DNA from: Stramenopiles sp. TOSAG23-6
Lineage: Eukaryota
Assembly (NCBI GenBank): GCA_900128565.1
Contig: LT635952.1
Coordinates: forward strand, 1-34,124
Length of the DNA stretch: 34,124 nucleotides
Direction of reading: 5' to 3'
In this document: positions 11,183-20,130 of the stretch, piece after piece
How the letters are laid out: each line of letters begins with the position of its first letter
Numbering within the stretch: position 1 is the first letter of the stretch
Notes under the pieces: generated by a model
The model's database searches: none
Told to the model about the DNA's origin: nothing
The model's input: the letters and a program-made list of their open reading frames with translations, nothing else
Made by a program: the position numbers and the translations under genes

Positions 11183-11791
11183 TTAGTGTCGTGTTTGCGA
11201 ATAATGGATAAAATCGGAGCCTCTCAATAATGCAATATTGCTATTATTATACCGCTGAGTTTCACGTTTTATACCGTGGATGTCTTTCATCCCTATCCAC
11301 TGTAATAATAACCGAATTTCATCATCATCCATTGGCTTATCAACAATTTCAGCTGCTTCTTTAACTTCCTGACTATCAACATATCCAGTACCTTCTGGAT
11401 CAAATGAAAACTTAAATGCTGCAAACATATTCGTTTCCGTAGCGTTTTTTGTCGAAAAAGACTTGGCTGAATCCAGCAGCTCTTCAAAATCAACTTCTCT
11501 ATTTCCAATTTTTCTTAATTCTTCATTCAACTCCTGCTGCGATGGCACTAGCCCTGCACTTCTTACTATCATTGGGAAGAACTTCGCGTGGACTTTTGAT
11601 GTTTGTGCTGTATCAAATAAACAAAAAGCGTCTCTCAATTTCGTAACTTGGACTGACGTTAAGTCTCTCTGTTCACAAATGAAAGCTTTCCCTTTGTTTG
11701 GTCGATTTTTCCAATGTCGAGCTAATTGTTTAGCATATTTGGTCTGTAAGCGATTCCTTTTATTTTGCTTTAAAACTAATGCAGTACTCAT
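11183..11791 (-). CDS. Calmodulin/centrin-like EF-hand protein with degenerate loops
   Basis: LTSVQV.KLRDAF.LFD, VRSAGLVPSQQEL, VDFEELL, AF..FDPEGTGYV, MDDDEI follow the calmodulin-family pattern. Confidence 0.8.
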   Translation of the reverse strand: MSTALVLKQNKRNRLQTKYAKQLARHWKNRPNKGKAFICEQRDLTSVQVTKLRDAFCLFDTAQTSKVHAKFFPMIVRSAGLVPSQQELNEELRKIGNREVDFEELLDSAKSFSTKNATETNMFAAFKFSFDPEGTGYVDSQEVKEAAEIVDKPMDDDEIRLLLQWIGMKDIHGIKRETQRYNNSNIALLRGSDFIHYSQTRH

Positions 11792-12094
11792 ATTCTTTCA
11801 ATTTGGAAGAAGAAGTTCGAGATGTCTGACGTATCTAGTTTTGGATACTACTGAACACTCCTTTAGTAGTCTGTATAGAAGAAGTCGAAGTAACGAAGTT
11901 CTTTTTTTGTACCAAAAATTTGTACTTAACGGGGATACGTTAACTTCGAGGATCTTACACTGTATATGGATCTATATACAATATATGATATCATTTCACA
12001 ATTTTCCAACTCAAATGTCAAGCATTCACCATAAAATGCCAGGTATTCGAACAATATAGTATACAGCGGTTAGAAAAAAAGCACAACGAATAGT

Positions 12095-12748
12095 ATGTCG
12101 AGAGAAACGACTTGTTTTGTTCTTGACTGTTCGTGTCCCGCTCGAACAGAATACATTCAAATAGGTGCAAATTCTTCGGTTGATATTCAAATAGGTACAA
12201 ATTCTTCGGTTGACATTGAGGATGAATCCTTCACAATGAAACAGGGATACAGAAGAGTAGTTGAAGAAACGCATAAACCAGTAATTCGGCTATGTACTAA
12301 ACACATTATAGACTCTGTTACAAAAAGGATTGCCTGTCAAGATCCATTAGAAATATTTTCCTGTGATAGATCTGAGGAAAAAGAACCCGATGTAGATGCC
12401 GTAGTTGATTTAGAAATAGCAAATTACAGACCTTCCTGGCAACCAGATGAAAGTGCATCTTTATGTACCAATTGTAGCACGGAATTCACAGTGTCTAATA
12501 GACGTCATCATTGTAGAGTATGTGGTAGCATATTTTGTGGAGATTGTTCTCCTTTTGAATTAGGCCGTCAGAATGCACGTTGTTGCATTTTATGTCATAC
12601 TGGTATTAAAGAAGAAATTAGGCGCTTACATAAACATTCAGAAAGTGAAAAAACAAATGAAGTTATACCATGGTATTGTATAAACCAAAAATATCTGTTA
12701 GATAACCCAAATGCCTCTTTTTTTACACAACTCACTGATTGCTTATAG
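12095..12748 (+). CDS. FYVE zinc-finger protein
   Basis: WQPDE...[27 protein letters not shown]...RCC..C (WxxD and RRHHCR signature). Confidence 0.9.
   Translation: MSRETTCFVLDCSCPARTEYIQIGANSSVDIQIGTNSSVDIEDESFTMKQGYRRVVEETHKPVIRLCTKHIIDSVTKRIACQDPLEIFSCDRSEEKEPDVDAVVDLEIANYRPSWQPDESASLCTNCSTEFTVSNRRHHCRVCGSIFCGDCSPFELGRQNARCCILCHTGIKEEIRRLHKHSESEKTNEVIPWYCINQKYLLDNPNASFFTQLTDCL
12155..12217 (+). repeat. 30-nt in-frame tandem duplication in FYVE gene
   Basis: [10 protein letters not shown] / [10 protein letters not shown]. Confidence 0.9.
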
Positions 12749-13091
12749 AGTTCTGAACTTCGATTAGCTTTTTCACCCCATAAAAACTTTTATACCTGCA
12801 CTTTTGGAATGAATGGTAAATAAATGAAATTTGAATAATATATATCATTTTGTTTGCATATCGTCATAATATGATTATGAAGAACTCACCTGTCCTTCTC
12901 GAACGTTCACAAAAGCACAAAATTGTCACGAAATCGGGGCCCAGTACCGGGTAACATACTAGTCACATTTTTTTCTTTTCTGCTGACTACAAAGAGGTTG
13001 CTTCTGTTGTGTGCTTTCGTCCTTTCGCCCTTTGGTTCCCTTTTCTGCGTCCGCGTGTTTTCTTTTCTACCGTATCTACCAGCTTCAAAAA

Positions 13092-13329
13092 GTAAGTTAC
13101 ATTAATACCATTAAATTAAATGTATAGAATGTGTCCAGCTTATCTATGATGGCGTTTATTTTCCCGGTGTTTCTCAAATACAGTACCTGCGCGTACCATT
13201 GATACAAAAACCTGTTTTTTATCACTCGCAATTGGCAATATTTTCATGTGTACATTTATATTCTATCCCACACTAGAACCACCAGTGACTAACTAAAATA
13301 ACCTTGTTTTCATAATTATTATATAACAG
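13092..13329 (+). other. Probable canonical GT-AG intron in RPL28 5' UTR; mirror 20758..20995
   Basis: GTAAGT donor at 13092, GACTAAC branch site at 13287-13293, TAACAG acceptor ending 1 nt before the ATG, and a pyrimidine-rich leader upstream. Confidence 0.7.
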
Positions 13330-13330
13330 A

Positions 13331-13762
13331 ATGTCGAACTCTATCGTCTGGAACATTGTCAAAGCCAACTCTTGCTTTCTTAAGAAGCAGAAACATGCTC
13401 AATTCACAAGTGAACCAAGAAACCTTACTGCTATGAACTGCAAGAAGTATTCTGGACTCGCAAATGAAAAAACTGTTGGAATTGATTTCAACGCTGAACT
13501 CTTAGCTGAATCAAAAGCTATGCGTAAGGCACAGATTACCAAATCTGCTCCAAAGAATCTCGCTCGCCCTAACAAAGCAGTTTCAACTTACAAGTTGGCT
13601 CGTGGGTTTCGTGGAAACGTCAAAGCTCTCCGCAACCACACTCGCCGCTTCCGCCCAGACCTTGAAAAGGCTGCTCTTGCTCGTTGGACTAAGATGAACA
13701 CTTCTCTCCGCGTATGCAGAAACAGAAAACGTAGTCGCACTGGCTACAAAGCTACCAAGTAA
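13331..13762 (+). CDS. RPL28: 60S ribosomal protein L28 (eL28)
   Basis: IVWNIVK.NSCFL.K, F.SEP.NL...N..KYSGLAN.KTVGI, FRPDL.KAALAR. Confidence 0.96.
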   Translation: MSNSIVWNIVKANSCFLKKQKHAQFTSEPRNLTAMNCKKYSGLANEKTVGIDFNAELLAESKAMRKAQITKSAPKNLARPNKAVSTYKLARGFRGNVKALRNHTRRFRPDLEKAALARWTKMNTSLRVCRNRKRSRTGYKATK

Positions 13763-13956
13763 GTAATTCATTTTGACTTATATAATTTGGTTAGTGGGAA
13801 GATGATAACGGGGGAAATATTTGGAGATTTGTTTCACTTATTTTAATCACATTCTAATGTAAACTGTTGGTAACGGCATATGTTTTATGATTATTTTATT
13901 CTTTGTTTTTCTTTTTTTAGCCTAGAATATAGGCTTAGACTACTCTATTTTATTTT

Positions 13957-14457
13957 TTACCCTGGTGGCCATGATAGCTGACGTCCTCCAATTAAATGTA
14001 GATGCAAATGGTATACTGATTGACAACCCATAACTCCATCATTTACTACAATACGAAAACCATCTTTATCTAATCCCTCTTGTTTAGCAACTTCAGCTGC
14101 TGAAACCATAAGTCGTCCTAAAATATTCACATGATCATCAGTCGCTTTAGACAATTGAGTCAAACCTTGTCGAAGCTTTGGTATAAGAAGAATATGAGTC
14201 GGTGCAACTGGAGCTATATCCCGAAATGCAAGAACCTCCTCGGTTTCGTAGACTATTTCAGCAGGTATTTCTTTTGAAATTATTTTATCAAATATGGTAA
14301 AATCAGAATAAGGAACTGCTTTAGCTGCTTTTAGTTGTTCACCAGATGGACACTGAGAATTCATTTGTCTAATAGGAAACTTCTGGATAGCCGATGTGTT
14401 AAGTATTCTTTGAGGAAATACACCAGATATTACACAAAGATTTCGTAATATTCGCAT
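13957..14457 (-). CDS. HINT: Histidine triad nucleotide-binding protein (HINT family), with possible mitochondrial presequence
   Basis: TIFDKIISKEIPA.IVYE, LAFRDIAPVAPTHIL.IPK, GFRIVVNDG..GCQSVYHLHLHLIGGRQLSWPPG; the N-terminal extension is basic and lacks acidic residues. Confidence 0.96.
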   Translation of the reverse strand: MRILRNLCVISGVFPQRILNTSAIQKFPIRQMNSQCPSGEQLKAAKAVPYSDFTIFDKIISKEIPAEIVYETEEVLAFRDIAPVAPTHILLIPKLRQGLTQLSKATDDHVNILGRLMVSAAEVAKQEGLDKDGFRIVVNDGVMGCQSVYHLHLHLIGGRQLSWPPG

Positions 14458-14580
14458 GTAGTGTATCTGAAAAATAAAACTGGAATGAAGAGCAGGAAGA
14501 ATTCTATCTGGTTGTAGTCACTAAAGTGATGTTGTAACATTGTTGTTTTTCGATTTGATACCTCGACATATAGCTAGCCT

Positions 14581-14622
14581 ACTAGGGTTAGGGTTATAAT
14601 TGCTACCACTAGGGTTAGGGTT
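14581..14622. promoter_or_regulatory. Two telo-box-like ACTAGGGTTAGGGTT motifs between divergent HINT and MO25 genes
   Basis: 15-mer at 14581-14595 and 14608-14622; regulatory role inferred from position only. Confidence 0.45.
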
Positions 14623-14865
14623 TTGACTCGTGTGACTATCATTATTTACTTTTTAGTCTGGAAATCCAGCTGAAACCAAGCTTCTTTTTGTTTTTTCTAT
14701 AGACAAATATACTATATTCTCTTAAAAGGAGTGATATATATACTAAATAGATTAGTGTTTTCCTTGTATTCTCTCTCTCTGCTTTAGATTTCCCGGTCTT
14801 GAAGTACGTAATTTATCGATTGTTAAAGTTTTCTTTGTTCATTGTTTAATTGTTCCAGTGAAAAC

Positions 14866-15420
14866 ATGGCGTTTTTGAAAAATATGTTTGGTGGAGGTGT
14901 TGACCCAAAGCGACTGTGTAAAAAGATTGATGACGATCTTACAATCATCAATGCAAATGTTATGGATTCTACACCTGATTCTGAAGAGTTTCCCGCTGAA
15001 GTGAAAGAAGCTATGACTCATCTCGACAAACAATTGAAGAAGATGCGCGACGTTTTTTTCGGAACCCCTCCACAGAGCTCTGTGGACACGGCCGTTTGCG
15101 AAAAAATTGGCGATGAGGTCGTTCAACGCGATTTATTTAAACGTCTTATTATAGCCTTTCCAAACCTTGATTTTGAGACACGTAAATTAGTTGAAATGAA
15201 CTTTATTGCGCTTCACCACAATGACTATGGGCGATTTGGAAGTGTTTATTTGACGAATATGAAAAATCGGCCTCTATTAGACCGTCTTGTCCGAGGATAT
15301 GAAGGTAGTGGTGATATTGCATTAATATGTGGTCGCATGCTACGTGAATGTCTTTCTAATAAGGAATTGGCAAAAACACTCATCACACGTCAAACATTTG
15401 ACCTGTTTATGAAAGAATAT
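14866..15420 (+). CDS. CAB39: MO25/CAB39-family protein, N-terminal exon only (C-terminal half absent)
   Basis: MRDVFFG, LDFETRK, L.RGYE..DIALICGRMLRECL...LAK.LI...F..F..Y match MO25; ends at a family-intron donor. Confidence 0.85.
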
Positions 15421-15533
15421 GTATGTTTTATTATTTTTTTTTACCGAAAAAAAAAATCGATTTTTTTTTCGTACGAAATTTTGTACCTAACAAATTTTTT
15501 AAGAAAATTTTGAAATATTTTTCCAAAATACAT
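15421..15533 (+). other. Repeat-family element joining MO25 5' part to SF3B2 3' part (probably chimeric); mirror 18554..18666
   Basis: Full consensus GTATGTTTT...TTTCGTACGAAATTTTGTACCTAAC...TGAAATATTTTTCCAAAATACAT; flanking exons belong to different genes and different phases. Confidence 0.85.
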
Positions 15534-16361
15534 TGACTGAAAAGGCGGGGGAAAAAACGATCAGGCAAAAGGCGAGGGACCGAATGCAAGTTAAGATGAA
15601 CAAAATTAGTATCGATTATCAAGTTTTGTATAATGCGTTTTTTAAATTCCAAAAAAAACCAAAATTATTAGGGCATAATAATTGTTATTATGAGGGGAAA
15701 GAATTTGAGGTATTGGGTACAACACGAAAACCCGGAAATCTTAGCCCGGCTCTAAAATTAGCTCTTGGGATGCCAGCAAACGGAACGTCTCCACCTCCAT
15801 GGCTGATCAATATGCAACGATATGGTCCACCACCTGCGTATACTAAGCTGAAGATACCAGGTTTAAATTCACCGATTCCACCAGGGGCTTGTACATTATC
15901 TTCATTCAAATCTTTGATCACATTGTACCCCTAACCCTAATTTTTTTCAAAAAAAATTACAAAAATATGTTTTGTTTTTGTCTCTTTGGCTCACATATTT
16001 TTTAATTTTTTTTTTCACAATACATCTTTTGGATACCATACAGGAGGATGGGGGAAGCCTCCTGTAGATATCAATGGTAAAGCTTTATATGGTAATGTTT
16101 TTGGACGCTCTGGCTTCGATGATGATGAAAAAAATATTTCAAAATCTCGTTGGGGCGAAATTTTAGACGATGATGACGATGATGATGAGGAAGAGGATAA
16201 TGTCGAAGAAGCATTTGCGACCCAGATTCCTTCAACTGGTACCGACACAAGTGATGGAATTTCGTCTGTTATGACGGGTATTGAAACGCCAATGTCAGGA
16301 TTTGATGGAACTGTATTTTATGTTTATTACAAAAATTTGTACCAAAAATTTGTACCTAACG

Positions 16362-16399
<38 letters not shown>

Positions 16400-16934
16400 T
16401 CTAACAAAATTAATTCTAACAAAATTGTAGACTACGAAAAAATATTTCTTCACAATACATACATCTGTCAATTTGCAAAAGAAAATTATGTCTGAAACTC
16501 CAACACCTCAATTATATAAAGTTCTCGCTCAGAACCAAAGAAATGTGTATGTTTTACATTTCATTTTTTTTTTTTTTCATACGAAATTTTGTACCTAACA
16601 AAAAATTAAATTTTTTTTTTTGAATTTTTTTAAATTTTTAAAATTTTCTTTGATGTACACAGTACTATTTTTTTTTTTATATATAAAAGTATAAAAATAT
16701 AAAAGTATAACCCTACACCCTAACTTTACTCTAATCTTTACAAACAAAAACAAATTAAAAAATATTTTTTTACCATACATCAGCGATACAGATGCATTTG
16801 GTTCATCTTACAATTATGTTTTACCAGGTGCACAACAAAACACTGGTGTTGAACATGATGGTTTTGCAAGTTTAGCAAAAAAAGGTGTTCAAGGTCAAAA
16901 CAAACCAGTGAAAGAAATATCTTTAGGTGGAACA
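15534..16934 (+). CDS. SF3B2: Splicing factor 3B subunit 2 (SAP145/Cus1), partial: exons 15534-15890, 16026-16312, 16461-16546, 16781-16934
   Basis: IDYQVL..AFFKFQ.KP, YYEGKEFE, KPG.LS..LK.ALGM, PPPWLINMQRYGPPP.Y..LKIPGLNSPIPPGASFGYH.GGWGKPPVD..GK.LYG.VFG, WGE, G.ETP, PQLY.VL. N-terminus and extreme C-terminus are missing. Confidence 0.95.
15891..16025 (+). other. Repeat-family non-canonical intron (GT...AT, 135 nt); mirror 18062..18196
   Basis: gct t|GTACATT...TTGTACCCCTAAC...TTTTCACAATACAT|ct ttt gga restores PPGASFGYH. No AG in the insert, and using either of the next two AGs creates TGA. Confidence 0.88.
16313..16460 (+). other. Repeat-family intron (GT...AT, 148 nt; alternative in-frame AG at 16430); mirror 17627..17774
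   Basis: gga act|GTATTTT...TTTGTACCAAAAATTTGTACCTAACG-polyA...AAATATTTCTTCACAATACAT|aca tct gtc aat ttg. Confidence 0.7.
16547..16780 (+). other. Repeat-family intron (GT...AT, 234 nt; alternative in-frame CAG 3 nt downstream); mirror 17307..17540
   Basis: aat gt|GTATGTTTT...CATACGAAATTTTGTACCTAAC...AAATATTTTTTTACCATACAT|c agc gat aca gat gca ttt ggt. Confidence 0.7.
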
Positions 16935-17014
16935 GTGCGTTTTCAGTATCATTTTTTTAAATTTTTGACAATTGTATAAGAAAATTTCATACCTAACATT
17001 TTTTTTTTTTACCG

Positions 17015-17043
<29 letters not shown>
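16935..17043 (+). other. Truncated repeat-family intron cut by the palindrome axis
   Basis: aca|GTGCGTTTTC...AAATTTCATACCTAAC-T run-ACCG-polyA, then the sequence folds back. Confidence 0.75.
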
Positions 17044-17072
<29 letters not shown>

Positions 17073-17152
17073 CGGTAAAAAAAAAAAATGTTAGGTATGA
17101 AATTTTCTTATACAATTGTCAAAAATTTAAAAAAATGATACTGAAAACGCAC

Positions 17153-17687
17153 TGTTCCACCTAAAGATATTTCTTTCACTGGTTTGTTTTGACCTTGAAC
17201 ACCTTTTTTTGCTAAACTTGCAAAACCATCATGTTCAACACCAGTGTTTTGTTGTGCACCTGGTAAAACATAATTGTAAGATGAACCAAATGCATCTGTA
17301 TCGCTGATGTATGGTAAAAAAATATTTTTTAATTTGTTTTTGTTTGTAAAGATTAGAGTAAAGTTAGGGTGTAGGGTTATACTTTTATATTTTTATACTT
17401 TTATATATAAAAAAAAAAATAGTACTGTGTACATCAAAGAAAATTTTAAAAATTTAAAAAAATTCAAAAAAAAAAATTTAATTTTTTGTTAGGTACAAAA
17501 TTTCGTATGAAAAAAAAAAAAAATGAAATGTAAAACATACACATTTCTTTGGTTCTGAGCGAGAACTTTATATAATTGAGGTGTTGGAGTTTCAGACATA
17601 ATTTTCTTTTGCAAATTGACAGATGTATGTATTGTGAAGAAATATTTTTTCGTAGTCTACAATTTTGTTAGAATTAATTTTGTTAGA

Positions 17688-17725
<38 letters not shown>

Positions 17726-18553
17726 CGTTAGGTACAAATTTTTGGTACAAATTTTTGTAATAAACATAAAATACAGTTCCATCAAATCCTGACATTGGCG
17801 TTTCAATACCCGTCATAACAGACGAAATTCCATCACTTGTGTCGGTACCAGTTGAAGGAATCTGGGTCGCAAATGCTTCTTCGACATTATCCTCTTCCTC
17901 ATCATCATCGTCATCATCGTCTAAAATTTCGCCCCAACGAGATTTTGAAATATTTTTTTCATCATCATCGAAGCCAGAGCGTCCAAAAACATTACCATAT
18001 AAAGCTTTACCATTGATATCTACAGGAGGCTTCCCCCATCCTCCTGTATGGTATCCAAAAGATGTATTGTGAAAAAAAAAATTAAAAAATATGTGAGCCA
18101 AAGAGACAAAAACAAAACATATTTTTGTAATTTTTTTTGAAAAAAATTAGGGTTAGGGGTACAATGTGATCAAAGATTTGAATGAAGATAATGTACAAGC
18201 CCCTGGTGGAATCGGTGAATTTAAACCTGGTATCTTCAGCTTAGTATACGCAGGTGGTGGACCATATCGTTGCATATTGATCAGCCATGGAGGTGGAGAC
18301 GTTCCGTTTGCTGGCATCCCAAGAGCTAATTTTAGAGCCGGGCTAAGATTTCCGGGTTTTCGTGTTGTACCCAATACCTCAAATTCTTTCCCCTCATAAT
18401 AACAATTATTATGCCCTAATAATTTTGGTTTTTTTTGGAATTTAAAAAACGCATTATACAAAACTTGATAATCGATACTAATTTTGTTCATCTTAACTTG
18501 CATTCGGTCCCTCGCCTTTTGCCTGATCGTTTTTTCCCCCGCCTTTTCAGTCA
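17153..18553 (-). CDS. SF3B2: SF3B2 partial, mirror copy
   Basis: Reverse complement of 15534..16934. Confidence 0.9.
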
Positions 18554-18666
18554 ATGTATTTTGGAAAAATATTTCAAAATTTTCTTAAAAAATTTGTTAG
18601 GTACAAAATTTCGTACGAAAAAAAAATCGATTTTTTTTTTCGGTAAAAAAAAATAATAAAACATAC

Positions 18667-19221
18667 ATATTCTTTCATAAACAGGTCAAATGTTTGACGT
18701 GTGATGAGTGTTTTTGCCAATTCCTTATTAGAAAGACATTCACGTAGCATGCGACCACATATTAATGCAATATCACCACTACCTTCATATCCTCGGACAA
18801 GACGGTCTAATAGAGGCCGATTTTTCATATTCGTCAAATAAACACTTCCAAATCGCCCATAGTCATTGTGGTGAAGCGCAATAAAGTTCATTTCAACTAA
18901 TTTACGTGTCTCAAAATCAAGGTTTGGAAAGGCTATAATAAGACGTTTAAATAAATCGCGTTGAACGACCTCATCGCCAATTTTTTCGCAAACGGCCGTG
19001 TCCACAGAGCTCTGTGGAGGGGTTCCGAAAAAAACGTCGCGCATCTTCTTCAATTGTTTGTCGAGATGAGTCATAGCTTCTTTCACTTCAGCGGGAAACT
19101 CTTCAGAATCAGGTGTAGAATCCATAACATTTGCATTGATGATTGTAAGATCGTCATCAATCTTTTTACACAGTCGCTTTGGGTCAACACCTCCACCAAA
19201 CATATTTTTCAAAAACGCCAT
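18667..19221 (-). CDS. CAB39: MO25/CAB39 N-terminal exon, mirror copy
   Basis: Reverse complement of 14866..15420. Confidence 0.82.
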
Positions 19222-19629
19222 GTTTTCACTGGAACAATTAAACAATGAACAAAGAAAACTTTAACAATCGATAAATTACGTACTTCAAGACCGGGAAATC
19301 TAAAGCAGAGAGAGAGAATACAAGGAAAACACTAATCTATTTAGTATATATATCACTCCTTTTAAGAGAATATAGTATATTTGTCTATAGAAAAAACAAA
19401 AAGAAGCTTGGTTTCAGCTGGATTTCCAGACTAAAAAGTAAATAATGATAGTCACACGAGTCAAAACCCTAACCCTAGTGGTAGCAATTATAACCCTAAC
19501 CCTAGTAGGCTAGCTATATGTCGAGGTATCAAATCGAAAAACAACAATGTTACAACATCACTTTAGTGACTACAACCAGATAGAATTCTTCCTGCTCTTC
19601 ATTCCAGTTTTATTTTTCAGATACACTAC

Positions 19630-20130
19630 ATGCGAATATTACGAAATCTTTGTGTAATATCTGGTGTATTTCCTCAAAGAATACTTAACACATCGGCTAT
19701 CCAGAAGTTTCCTATTAGACAAATGAATTCTCAGTGTCCATCTGGTGAACAACTAAAAGCAGCTAAAGCAGTTCCTTATTCTGATTTTACCATATTTGAT
19801 AAAATAATTTCAAAAGAAATACCTGCTGAAATAGTCTACGAAACCGAGGAGGTTCTTGCATTTCGGGATATAGCTCCAGTTGCACCGACTCATATTCTTC
19901 TTATACCAAAGCTTCGACAAGGTTTGACTCAATTGTCTAAAGCGACTGATGATCATGTGAATATTTTAGGACGACTTATGGTTTCAGCAGCTGAAGTTGC
20001 TAAACAAGAGGGATTAGATAAAGATGGTTTTCGTATTGTAGTAAATGATGGAGTTATGGGTTGTCAATCAGTATACCATTTGCATCTACATTTAATTGGA
20101 GGACGTCAGCTATCATGGCCACCAGGGTAA
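19630..20130 (+). CDS. HINT: HINT family hydrolase, mirror copy
   Basis: Identical translation to 13957..14457. Confidence 0.95.
   Translation: MRILRNLCVISGVFPQRILNTSAIQKFPIRQMNSQCPSGEQLKAAKAVPYSDFTIFDKIISKEIPAEIVYETEEVLAFRDIAPVAPTHILLIPKLRQGLTQLSKATDDHVNILGRLMVSAAEVAKQEGLDKDGFRIVVNDGVMGCQSVYHLHLHLIGGRQLSWPPG

Noticed and set aside
4953-12274. Antisense or overlapping ORFs in the track (e.g. 4953..5468+, 9584..9967+, 10174..10605-, 11463..12059+)
   Set aside because: Shadow frames of real genes with no recognisable motifs.
14581-14622. True telomere or chromosome end
   Set aside because: Only about two repeat units per motif, internal to an intergenic region.
1908-16780. U12-type AT-AC introns (sliding the boundary 2 nt left gives AT...AC for some copies)
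   Set aside because: No ATATCCTT donor or TCCTTAAC branch consensus. The shift gives TT, CT, TG, TA or GT starts in other copies and breaks conserved residues (DYVG to DYDG, YDRV to YDRG).
14866-16934. Genuine MO25-SF3B2 fusion protein
   Set aside because: Exon phases are incompatible under the rule that fits all other introns (gives TAT TGA), and both proteins lack essential halves.
1-17043. Ciliate-type IES (DNA-level excision) or alternative genetic code
   Set aside because: No TA boundaries, strict sense orientation with donor and branch-like motifs, and conserved exons contain no internal TAA/TAG/TGA. DNA excision is disfavoured but not formally excluded.
16595-17492. 61-aa F/K/I-rich ORFs near the axis and ORF tails such as ...YVLFFF...FVPN
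   Set aside because: These are translations of the AT-rich intron elements.
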